From Vicugna vicugna (Eukaryota): a DNA stretch of 64,000 nt. The stretch lies in assembly GCA_013265495.1 (NCBI GenBank), contig MU058384.1, forward strand, positions 1,427,690 to 1,491,689. The letters are read 5' to 3'. This document shows positions 38,149 to 49,522 of the stretch, in pieces. The notes beneath the pieces are model-generated. The model was given only the letters and a program-made list of their open reading frames with translations, searched no databases and was not told the DNA's origin. The translations under genes and the position numbers were made by a program. Numbering within the stretch: position 1 is the first letter of the stretch; each line of letters opens with the position of its first letter.

Positions 38149-39988
38149 GTGACAGGGGAAAGCACATCTTTGAAAAAAAGAAGAGTCCAATAAAACAGAC
38201 TGGAAAAGAAATAGCACTTCGAGCTGCAAAAGAGATTGTGTGCAAAACCTATTATTTTTCAGAAGAGCCTATTTCAGCTAGGTTTCCAAACCTCCTCTCC
38301 AGCCACATCGTCCGCTTCCCCACCCCCTTCTTCCCCCTCCCCCTCCACTACCCAAGTTTGAATAGTGAGGAGACTAAGGGGGTTCAGGCTCGATGTTTCA
38401 TTGTGGACGGGTCCGGGCACAGCTACATAATCTTTTTGCTTTTGTTCTCTTCTTCTTTGGGGTTTCTTGGGATCTTATTATTGACATGTTCATATGGAAA
38501 TTTTTGCATTATATGTTTCCTCTTTTATATTTGCCCTATTTTTCGTTACAGTCTGACTTCACTGTCCACTGTGCTGTGTGAAAGGGACATTGTCAGTCAC
38601 CTGCTGACCAAATTGAAGCGGTGCTCTACTTCTAATACCGAAACAGACTGCGTGTTTGTTAACAGACATGTGCACAGCCAGGATTCCTGTTAATATGAAC
38701 ATATGTCTCTATACATTGTGTACATTGATTTCAATGTATTTATACAGTCCACCCATAGATTAAACACCCCCCAATTCCCTCTGGTGTTACTGTCTCTCTG
38801 ATTGCTAGCTTAAAGAGAAACAGTTCTTAAGAGCATATGGTTTCCAAAACACAGCCCTTCCCCCACCTTTTCAGTTTACACGAAATGAGCAGCTACCCCT
38901 CCCCCTAACAGTTTCTCTGCTCTCCAGGCAAACGAGTTTGAAACCAGGGGGCAAAATCATTAGTTCCCAATTACCTTAAGCCATGCAAGATAACCTCTCT
39001 CAAGAGCTGTTGGTAAAACATGCATGCAGTTCCAATGTCTAGACAGTTATGAAGTATGGATGTAGGGCGCGGCCACTGCAGACACCACTGCATCTCAAAT
39101 GAAGTGCTTTTATTAAAGAAATATAATCACCAGGATAACTAATTACATCAATACCACATAGTTAATTAAACCCATTATAGTTACTATTTCCATGGAGAGG
39201 AGGTCAAACAAGGCCACCATCTTCTTGATTCTACTATGCTCACGAAAGAAGGAGAAATGAAATAAAACACAACACAGACCCCACTGGCTTTATCTCTTTT
39301 CTGAAATGTTTAATAACTGCCTATGATGTCATCCAAGAAGGTCTTCAAGTTTAAGCCATCCCCAAAGATGCCTGGATTGTTCAGAGATCCCTCATAGCTG
39401 GCCAGCACTTCAATTAAGTGATGACCAACTGTTTGCTTGATTGGCTCAAGAAGTAGTGACCAGCAGAAGTGAAAAGCAGAATGAACAGTTGCTGTGTTTT
39501 TGTTAAGGTCTTGCAGAGAGATGTGATGGAGGACAGGGCTTATGTTTCAGTTTAACTGGGTTTAAGACTAACGACCGGGAGGGAGGCAGCCTACCTTCCT
39601 CTCTGGACCTTAGCCAGGGACTGCGAGAGTCAAATGCTAAGGTTAAATATGAAAGTTCATTAACCAACCGAAAGCAAAAGACTGTCCTGCAGTTTCAACC
39701 ATGAAACCTTCTTGCACTGGCACGCAATTACTTAGGATGATTCAGATAGAAATGTGGAAAGGAGAGAATTCAAGAGCTCTATTGCATGTGATTTACTGTT
39801 TTCCAGAGAAAGAATGTTTGTGGACAAAAAGACACACATCTCCACACCCATACGCCCAGAGATCTCTCAAATACTGATCTCTGGGAAATAAAACCAAGAT
39901 ATTTTGATCCTCCTGGTCTGAAAATTCACCAGGTCATTATATCACTGTCACACCTTCTTCTGAAAGCAGTTCATTGTACAGAGAGAGG

Positions 39989-40350
39989 ATTTGCATTTAC
40001 TTCTCCCGATTAACAAAGAAAACTTTGTATAAAAGGGCTAGGCACTGGGATGTGCAAATGTGGCCAGCTTGACCCCCTGCAGGAGAAGGCAGACAAGCAG
40101 GAGGGAGAAGAGGTAGATGAGGAAGGAGAAAGAATGCTTTGATCCCAGCGCAGCGGCGCACAATGGAGCGGGCGGCACCCCCAGCAGGCTGACCCCGAGC
40201 AGGCTGGAGTTTGGCGGGAGTCACCGAGCTAGCGGGGCAGCAGCAGGAGGAGGAGCGTTTCGTGCGATGGGACGAACAGAGGCTGCACGATCCCCGCTCT
40301 GGCTGGATTTTCGGGTGAGGGCTGATTCTGGTGATCGCTGCCGACGTGAC
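39989..40350 (+). promoter_or_regulatory. Candidate promoter P2: octamer + TATA + small CpG island + E2F motif
   Basis: ATTTGCAT 39989-39996, TATAAAAG 40028-40035, 19 CpGs counted by eye in 40141-40350, TTTGGCGG 40210-40217. Donors CGG|GTGAGG (40315) and AAG|GTCAGG (40513). Confidence 0.6.
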
Positions 40351-40795
40351 TGCTCTTGGGGTGGTTGATGTTGTTCTCCAGCTCAGGAAGTTAAAATATT
40401 TTTCCAACTGCAAGCGTGGCCTGGTTATTCTTCAGTGAATACGTGCTCATAAAATATAGGCTGCAAGCAAAAGGCAGCACGAGAATCACATAGGCCTCGC
40501 GAAAAACAAAAGGTCAGGTGTTAAATCCCTTATTTGCCCAGTGTTTTAAGCTGACATAGGAGGCATTAAGTTTGGATGTAAAGCGATTTTTCACTCGCCA
40601 CCCACTGCGCTCACCCCTACCCCAGAAGCTGCTCCGCCAAGTCTTTGTTCTCCTGGAGCCACCTTGCTACCAGCCAACCAGACAGAAGCACTGCGGGGGA
40701 GGGGGGGTCTCTCTCTTTTCTTTTCTTTTCTTTTTTTTTTTCTTTTTTTTTGACTCTTTTTTTTCTTTTTTTTTTTTCTTTTTTTTACTCTGTTT

Positions 40796-40953
40796 NNNNN
40801 NNNNNNNNNNNNNNNNNNNNNNNNNNNNNNNNNNNNNNNNNNNNNNNNNNNNNNNNNNNNNNNNNNNNNNNNNNNNNNNNNNNNNNNNNNNNNNNNNNNN
40901 NNNNNNNNNNNNNNNNNNNNNNNNNNNNNNNNNNNNNNNNNNNNNNNNNNNNN
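40796..40953. other. Assembly gap (158 N) with duplicated flanks
   Basis: N-run. Sequence at 40656-40795 is repeated at 40954-~41090. Confidence 0.98.
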
Positions 40954-41089
40954 GAGCCACCTTCAGCCAACCAGACAGAAGCACTGCGGGGGAGGGGGGG
41001 TCTCTCTCTTTTCTTTTCTTTTCTTTTTTTTTTTCTTTTCTTCGTCATCGTCTTCTTCTTTTTTTGTTTTGTTTTGTTTACTCTGTCTC

Positions 41090-41830
41090 CTTTGCCCCCT
41101 GTATCAATTCAATTGCCAAGTCCAGGAAATCTCTTGCCATCAACTACTTCCCTCCAAATCCCCTTTCTGTCACCCTCTCCTCACACCTCCTTCTTCCACT
41201 CACACTCCCTTTTCAGTCCCTGTCACACAACTCACCAGATCCATCCTTCTAAAGAACTGATCTCCTCTGATTACTCTTGGCTCAGAAGCATGCGCCAATC
41301 GCCCAGATTGTCCTATGGAATAAACTATGAATTCTTGCTTTGCCATTAAGGTTGTCTCTATTCTGTCTCTGCTCCCTGGGCAGGTTTGCCCTCAGGATCT
41401 CCCTATCTGTGACCTGTGCCCCTGCCTGATTGGGTCACACACTCCAGAGACTCCAGGCCTTAGTTCCACACAGGTGTGTCATCCCCAGCCCCCTCCACCT
41501 CCTGCCCTTCTTGAACTCCTAAACATCCTTCCGTGTTCATCTTAATGCCTCCACCAGGAAGCCTCTCCTGATATGCCTAAGCTACAAATGCTCATCTCAC
41601 TCTAATTTTCCAGAACATGTCCTTTTTATATGTATTTTATGATCATTATTATAATCTGCCTGTAATAATCATAAGTATCAATAGTATTATTTCTTCAGAT
41701 TTTAAACTCTCTGTAAAAATTCAGAGACCATATCTTACTAATCTCTGTGAGAGCTTAAGTATCTGTCTGCTGTTCATCTTACAAGGTCACAGAGTCGAGT
41801 ATCTATTAGCTTGGAAAAGTTTTGTATTAT
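41090..41830 (+). mobile_element. L2 fragment
   Basis: Pyrimidine-rich L2 motifs atcaattcaattgccaagtcc, aatgcctccaccaggaagcctctcctgat and cagattttaaactctctgtaaaaattcagagaccatatctt. Confidence 0.7.
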
Positions 41831-42352
41831 CGCAGTTCAAGGGAGTGAAATAAATAAACACGCTCAGCCACTTCCATCTCCATCATTTTGTGATCTAAAG
41901 AAAATGAGCTTCATTATTATAGTTAACTCATGAGAGAAGTGGGTGAACAAATCAACCCCCTAAAATATCCCAAATTATTTTGACCTCATAAAACATTCTG
42001 TAATTTTGTTTGAAAATGTGTGATTAGCTATATTATTGTAAACCTTATTATTTATACCTTGATGTCCAAGCAGACCCAAAATACCCAACTAGTAACTACA
42101 AAATTTATAATGCTATGCACCTGCCTCAATCTGAGCCTTCACAACTTTATAGTGGACAAGATTCACACCTGAAATTATTTTACCTAACCTCCAGAGAACA
42201 AGGAAATGACCAGATATATTAATTATACACAGGAAAGAATAGAGGAAAGATCAATATATTAGGACTCATGAGATCTGAGTTCTGTTTCTGGTTCTACTAC
42301 TCACAAGCTGGACAAATCACTTAACATCTATAAATCACTAAGAGATTCCCCT

Positions 42353-42356
<4 letters not shown>

Positions 42357-42388
<32 letters not shown>
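42357..42388. repeat. (CA)n microsatellite next to a MIR fragment (~42260-42345)
   Basis: CA array. gatctgagttctgtttctggttctactactcacaagctggacaaatcacttaac is MIR-like. Confidence 0.9.
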
Positions 42389-42390
<2 letters not shown>

Positions 42391-43142
42391 GCCATACTGC
42401 TGGACTTTTAAATTTTAAAAAAGAAAATAGAAGAATAGCCTTACAATTATTACATTAAGCAAATTGAACATAATTAGAACATTAATTCACAATTTAAACC
42501 ATATAATATTGTAATTACATATTATTTTGAATCAAAATAAAATGTTTTATCCATTTGAAATATATAATGCAAAAATAATTACCTCAAAGAGAAGAGACAA
42601 AATAAAATTAGAAGTAACTATAATACAATCTTGGAAAAATACAAAACAAAAAACAATATAAGATGTAATACAAACTCAGAACAATGGCCAAGTCACCACT
42701 ACCACTTGTATATAACTACAGAAGCACATGGAGTAATAACAAAATAAACAAAGGGCTGCCATTCTGGATGGGTACATGGCTATGGTAATGCAAATGCAAG
42801 CAATTTTGAACCAACATGAAAAATCTTTGGCTTTTCAACATTTTACTGCTTAAGGAATTTCTTTGGTTTAGTAATTGAAAAAAAAAACAGTTATTTGTGT
42901 TGAAAATGATTTTGTTTGAAAATTCTCTTCCCATTGAATAGATTAGGTTTAAGTGACTGAAATTAAAAAAAAAAAAATTTGTGAAGATGCTTAGAACTTT
43001 GACTCTGTCCCAGGCTGGAATGAGCCCCAGAGAGTTCAGAGTTTACCAGCAAACAACGAATACAAGGTGTGAGCTGATCTAACCACATCTTTATCCAAAG
43101 ACCTACCAGATGCTACTAAAAATATAGAAATATGCTCTGTGT

Positions 43143-43283
43143 GGAAGGAAGGGGAAAAAAAGAAAATGAAAGGAGGAGAAGGAAGGAAGGAAGGGAAAAG
43201 AAGGAAGGAAACAATGCGGGACAGAGAGAAAGACAAAGAGAAAAAAAGAATGAGGGAGGAAGGAGAGAGAAAAGAAAAGAAAC
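43143..43283. repeat. GA-rich low-complexity polypurine tract
   Basis: Read directly. Explains the overlapping F/S/L-rich minus-strand ORFs. Confidence 0.85.
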
Positions 43284-44479
43284 AATATATAAATGAAAAT
43301 TTCTGAAGAAAGTTAAGAGGTTAACAAGACTAGAGACCATAAGTCATTCCCCTAAGTTTCTGTCTTCACAAACCCCCTCACTTCTTCCCTATCTGGATTC
43401 TTGCCATCTCACTCTAAAATTACAACTTTACTAGCAAAGTAATAGTGAATAGATGAGGAACAATCATGAATAAAAAGAAATGTCAACCTTAAGTCTAACA
43501 ATAAACAACAGCTGTCCTGTAAATATTCAGTGAACAAACATACGTTGTAGTCATTGCAGGAGCGTACCAATGACATTTCAATATACCTAAGGCATTACCA
43601 CGACTACTACTTCCTTCTGACACTGAAACTAATAATTCCTTCTAATACTCTCCATTTTCTGCAAGATACGTTATCCATAGGCTCTTCAAAAACCAAGCAC
43701 AGCTCAAACTCCAAAATTTCATTTTCTGCCATGCCTCCACTCCCACAATATTCTGTAGACATACCAAAGGACTTACAATTTCCTCTGGCTGCTCGCCAAA
43801 GAGCAAAGGAAAGATGGTCATTTCAAGCAACGGATGCAGTAGTGACTCAGAGGTGTCATAGAGAGTGTGATCTGCCCTCTGGGACGCCTCCCTTGACCTC
43901 TTGGGAGAGGGGGACACTCCCTCACTAGAAAACCTCTGACTTGTTGCTTTCTTCTCTTAAAGTGCTTACCTCCCTCGATTGGATTTCCCTTTTACATGGG
44001 TGCTTTCTCTCCAAAACCTTATGTTCTAAAAGAGCTAGGATATTTGATCATTTCTGAAACAGGAAACCCTCGCAATGTGTCTGATACATTTTAATAGCAA
44101 TAACAGTCAACATATGCATGAGGCATTCAAAAGATTCTATCATGAACCTTGTAGTACTAAACTATAATACAGTTTTTTACATTTGTAAAACACTTCATTG
44201 CTTTAAATGCACTTTTACAAATATCTTATCAAAAATGTGAAAACATTTTTTCCTCAGTTTCGAGTTAAGCAAAGTATAAACAGACCAGGTTAACTAACAG
44301 TAGGAAGTAACTAGATTAACTAATTGTAGAATTTTAGAAAAGTTACTTAATTTCTCTAGGCTTCAGTTCTTCTACTTATAAAATAAAAATATTTGATGTG
44401 AGTCTTTTTAAATTCCCCTTTACCTCTCTGTGATTAGTTGATTTCAGAGTGTAAGAATCACCTGGACAGGACCATCTCT

Positions 44480-46880
44480 TAATCTAATTTAATTCTAAAA
44501 ATACTGGTAGGATGAATTCTAGGCACTACTATGTGTGAAACTGAGGCTGTTCTGAAAACGTTATCAGAAAAATAAGAACAGACAATATAAAGAATAAAGA
44601 CAAAGAATAGAGGCCTTTGATAGCAAATAGCCAAAAGGAAAACTATAAACAGCCAAAATTGTGTTGTGTTAATAAAATGGAAGAAGGATCAGACAAACTC
44701 ACAGAATGGAGAAGTACCACAATTTTAGGAATTGCTGGCTCTTTTTTGCAAGTCCTACTGATGCCAGCAAGAAAGGGGAGCTTTTAGACTTTAGAAAGGA
44801 TAGAGAAACCATGAAAAAGGACCAAGAAGTTGTGAAGGATAACCAAGATGAAAAAAGATTTGAGGATGAATAAACTTGATTTACAGATATGTGGAAATCT
44901 TTTCACCCAACAAACACGAAGGACACATTTTTTTTTCTAGGTATGTGTGGATTATCAAAAAAAATCTACCATGCAATAGGCCACAAAAAAAGCTTCTATA
45001 AATCCCAAAGGATTAATATCATATAGACTTTTTGATCTGCTACAATGCAATAACTGAGAGCTTTCACAATTCCATATTTTTGGAAATTATAGAATATTTT
45101 GTCAAAAATTGTGTATTTAAAGAGAAAGACATAAGAAAAATTGTGAAGCATTTACAGTTAAATAATGAAAACTTACAGGCCAAATTCTGGAGGTGAAGTA
45201 GTACTAAGAGAAAATTGAAATTTTTAGATCATTTATTAGAAACTAAAGAAAGATTTAAATAAATAAGTGATTACTCAAACCAAAAGTAAAAGAGTGACCA
45301 AGTAAACCAACAAGAAGGAAATAATAAAAGACAACAGCAAGGATTTCTAGTTAAAGATGGGGGATTGGATGTGTGCCTTTTAATCTACCCCTTCCATAAA
45401 CCCCATAAAACAATTGTGAAGGAAGCTTTTAAGGCATAAATCTATAAGGACAAAGAACATAGAGGATGAAAGAATAGCAATAAAACTTTAGATGATGAAA
45501 AATAGAAGAATGTGTATTAAATGACTTAGCAAACTAAGCCAGAGGGTCCTAAACCAGTAGCAGAGAAATCTAAGAAACTATTTCATTTGTCTCACAAAGC
45601 TCCACTCTTAAATATGAGCAGGCATAGGGGGTGGGAGAGATGAGAAGCAAGTTGGAGGAAAAAGAGACTGCAAGGAGAATGCTAAACAAGGAAACAAGGA
45701 AAGCTAATATTATTTTAAAGAGATAAGATATAGCATCTATGAATCAAAAACAAGATGCTGTTAACAAGGAACAGTCAGAAAACATGACAGAGATCATGGC
45801 TATCAAAATTATAAAAGCCAACATAAAAAATGCAGTAGAAGATTTGAAACATACCACAGAAAACTAAAGGACAATAGAGCAAACAGACTAAAAGGATAGA
45901 GAATAGGAGAGAAATTATTCGAAAATTAGAGGATTAATTGCTAAATATTAGCTAAAATCTATCTAAAAAATGATAAAGACCCATGGATATCTAAAACAAT
46001 AGCAGAGGAAGAAGCAAAGCCTTTGCATCCCCTGATAACTATGCAGCACCAAACACCAATGGAAGAGAGTATAGACTCCAGGAAAGGTCCTGTGTTTATA
46101 TGGACGTGGTATTTAACAAAGGTGGCATCCTAATTTAGTCAGGGGACAGATGCACACAGATACATAAAAATGGTATATTTTAATTATATACATATAATTA
46201 ATAATAAATGTGGATTGGAAGAGGTATTAGGTTGAATTACATGAAAATGCTGATATTACACTGTTTTGACTTACATATATGTCAGTTTCATAAAGTCAAC
46301 CTAATATACTGAATGACTAATGGTTACCTATGAAAGAAGAATAGATGTAGAGGCGTGAAGTAAAGAATATAATAAAACAAAAGAAGTGTCTTTTATGTGT
46401 GAGAAGCTATCAGCTAGGAAGAAGAACTCAGTCCCATGTACCAATAGGTGATGATGATGGTACATTTGTCAACAAACACAAAATCATAAATTGCCAAGAT
46501 GGAGTCTGACATTGTTCCGTTAAGAAGATCAGCAAAAAACCAAAAAGTATAAGAAAGAAGACAGATAAGAAATGATAAAGCTGACTTGAGAGAGGAAAAA
46601 TATTTAAAAGATGGATAGAGCTGGGAGAAAGGGTAAAATTAGCTGAATATGGCTTCAGAGAACAATAACAAAAAAAATAAAAGTATAAGACTTTGAGGAC
46701 AAAATGAAAGTAAAGTAAAAGAATTTTTAATAACACTTCAGGGTACTTCCTAACCATAAATAAAAGACAGCCAGCCAAAATTTCCCGAACAAGCTCATGT
46801 AACTGTGAAAGCAAAGCAGATATCCAGCAATGTTTACCACTTCCTACCACTGCCACAATTGTACTCAACATGAAGTCTAA
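44480..46880 (+). mobile_element. Cluster of old L1M fragments
   Basis: A-rich ORF2-like pieces (tcacccaacaaacacgaaggacacattt; ataggccacaaaaaaagcttctataaat) and a 5'-end-like piece ttctagttaaagatgg at ~45345. Confidence 0.7.
46225..46306. mobile_element. MADE2 mariner-derived MITE
   Basis: 82 bp including TA flanks, with inverted ends tattaggttga...tcaacctaata. Confidence 0.88.
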
Positions 46881-48430
46881 CACACACTGAGTTCACAAAA
46901 TGTGCTTAATGAAATTTACTGAGGAGGGAGGGTGATCGTAAATGATTTCATTTTTCCCCTTGGGAGGGATTTTCCTTTGGATTGCACAATCTCTTAAGCT
47001 CCAGATTTAGAAAAAGACACAGGCTTCACATATTTTTCTGGAATAAGGGCAATCACTCTTGCCCTCTTCAACAGACACTTCTGACAGTGAGAATTAAGCC
47101 TGTAAATTAAATTTATTAGACTTGACCATGACATAATACATCTTCTACTTATAATTTAGGTGATCTTATATAATGTGTTAGACAGTAATGTTATCATTAT
47201 TTACAGAAACTTGAATGCAGCAGTAATCATCAATCCAAATGCCCGTGCGTCATTTTTAATGGAGAAGCACAGTGATCTACTCCAGGTTAACGCACAGAGA
47301 GTGCAATGGCGGCATTAAACTGGAGATAGATACAGAGATTCCTCTGCAGCTACAGTAATGATTTTCTGAGTGCTCTCCTACTCCCCACCCCTCCCTGGAC
47401 CACTCTTTTTGGTGATCAATGAAGCCAACTTCCTCAAATATCCACTTACAGTTAATCCTTTACAATTTTCATGAATGAAGTAAAAGGTGTGGTAAATTAC
47501 TGAGGACATTAATTATACAAGTGACATAAAATGTCTGCACATCATATTCAATAATCTCTCAAATAAAGACTAAATTGTTGTGCCTGCACACACTCATACT
47601 GAAATGCAAGTTCTTTTACAGATTTAATAGGCTTTAACATTTAATTTGCTTAAATTATTACTTTGTTGATATAAATAGGATATTTATTTACTCTAGTCTA
47701 GCAATAACTGGAAGAGGAAGCCTCTAAAGATGAAATAATTACGTTCCATACCAGGAATCTATGAATCATAACATAATAATCTAGGCAAGTGTCTTCCATC
47801 AGTCTGAGTTGCTGTCCATTGGTAGCAAGAGACCAAAATGAAAAGCTAGTAGTTCCCAATTCCTCCTGAATCACTGTAGTGAATAAACTGGGTCATCCTG
47901 ATAGAACTCCAAGAGTATCTGACCTCCCTCATTTTTAACATGTGTCCAAAACCATGATAGAAAATATAGGTGCTCCATAGATAACTGTTGACTGAATCAA
48001 ATGACTCCAGCACTTTAAATTATTTACACCATTTTTGCTCTCCTTAACCACATAGACTCTTGCTCACCCTTCCTTATCTTCAAGTGATGCCAGCAAATAG
48101 TGTGAATTCTCTGAATAGCTGCTACAAACACATTAACTAGAACACAAATGAATTTGTGGTTTCTTATGACCTAGGAATTTTCCTGTACAATTCTTCTTAC
48201 ACATATACTGATAAACCTTTCTGTGTACAAATAAAATAATCAGGTGCTAGATTGACATCTTCACAAATTACAAAAGGTATTCTCATTCCAGAGCCAAAGG
48301 AAAAAGGTGAGCAATAGAAATCCAATACCTAGAAAGAAATTAAATATGCTTTCTGAAGTCTTTCAATTTAGATCTCATTAAACAAGGAAATTTAAGATGG
48401 GATTTCTGGAATTTATATTATATAAATTCC

Positions 48431-48442
48431 ATATATATTTTC

Positions 48443-48480
<38 letters not shown>
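48431..48480. repeat. (TA)n(CA)n compound microsatellite
   Basis: Read directly. Confidence 0.9.
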
Positions 48481-48481
<1 letters not shown>

Positions 48482-48630
48482 CTGCTAATTACTAGTTATG
48501 TGATCTTTGGCAGTATACTTAATCTCTCTGAACCTTAGGTTCCTGGCCTATAAATTAGAGATAATAACAGAATAACAGTTGCTTATGGGGTTGTAGTGAA
48601 GTTCAAAGGAAAGAATGGATATAGAAGTTA
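48481..48630 (+). mobile_element. MIR SINE
   Basis: tactagttatgtgatctttggcagtatacttaatctctctgaaccttaggttcctggcctataaattagagataataa. Confidence 0.8.
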
Positions 48631-49432
48631 CTTGTTCGTTTTAAAGTCCTATGCATGAAATTAGTGTTTGCATGTACCGCCTACTATGGGGTCCAAGACT
48701 AATCCTTAAGTTTGAGAGAACGTGCGAGGAATACAAAGTATGGTACCTTCCCACAACAAACTTAACACCCACTTGGAATCAGGAAATAATTAGGAAATGA
48801 GATGAGGCTATATAAAAACTAAGTTGTGTGGTCCAGGCTACGTGAGCAGTAACAGTTCTAAGAAAGGAGAGCTTTAAATGGGCTGGAAATTATGACCATT
48901 TTCTTTCCGAATGGAACAGGCTAAGCTTTGCCTGAACAAAGAAGTAAAGATATCTAACAGCTGCTTACCACTTTTTGTTGCTTAAAATATCGGAGGAGTA
49001 TGAGGTTTAGGCAGCTCTGAGGGCTGAGTCATCTTCCTCCTAACTTGGTATTTATTCAGGACGCAGCTCGAACGCTGATGACAACAGCATTCCTGACCTC
49101 TGAGCTGCTGAAATGCTAAGGCAGTTCTGAAGGTGAAATGGACACCTCATCCAGATTCCCGTGTGGTCAACACGCCCAGTTATGCCTCTGCTGCCTCCTT
49201 GTTTTGTCACAACGTTTGTTCTAAATGAGCGAGGTCTTGACAGCTGAAGAAGAACTGAGGCCAAATGAGAAATAGCCTAGATTTTCTCCTCATGACGATG
49301 CTCAAGGCTCACAGCTGAGGCACTTAGAGAAGGGATTGGAGCAAGGGCCTCTAACGTGCACCTTTGTAGCTTGCATACCGTCAGGTTCAATCAATTCAAT
49401 GCAGTTGTTCAAGTTCTATGAGGACCTGTTTT

Positions 49433-49522
49433 TTATTTGTTTCTTGTTTGTTTGTTTGTTTTTGGTAGAAAGGAAAGTTGCTTTTAATCAGAATTTCTGC
49501 AATCTGGGGAGATGGTGGACTC
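49433..49522 (-). mobile_element. L1-mediated retrocopy of a polyadenylated 3' end (ERV LTR-like), 59-bp body plus A-tail
   Basis: TSD aggacc(t/c)gtttt at 49421-49432 and 49523-49534. Minus-strand ATTAAA 19 nt before an A-rich tail. TT/AAAA target site. Confidence 0.75.

Noticed and set aside
37671..38693. ORFs 37671-38165 (-) and 38238-38693 (+)
   Set aside because: Non-ATG starts, no recognisable domain, and lengths compatible with chance.
39997..40462. Minus-strand terminal-exon reading (acceptor ttttgcttgcag at 40461, giving PIFYEHVFTEE*, or the 138-aa ORF 39997-40413)
   Set aside because: No protein recognised and no upstream minus-strand coding exons found. TATA, Inr and donors favour the + strand. 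Not fully excluded without transcript data.
40572..41349. Longest ORFs in the track (226 and 234 aa)
   Set aside because: Kept open only by the N-run and T-rich repeats across a duplicated gap.
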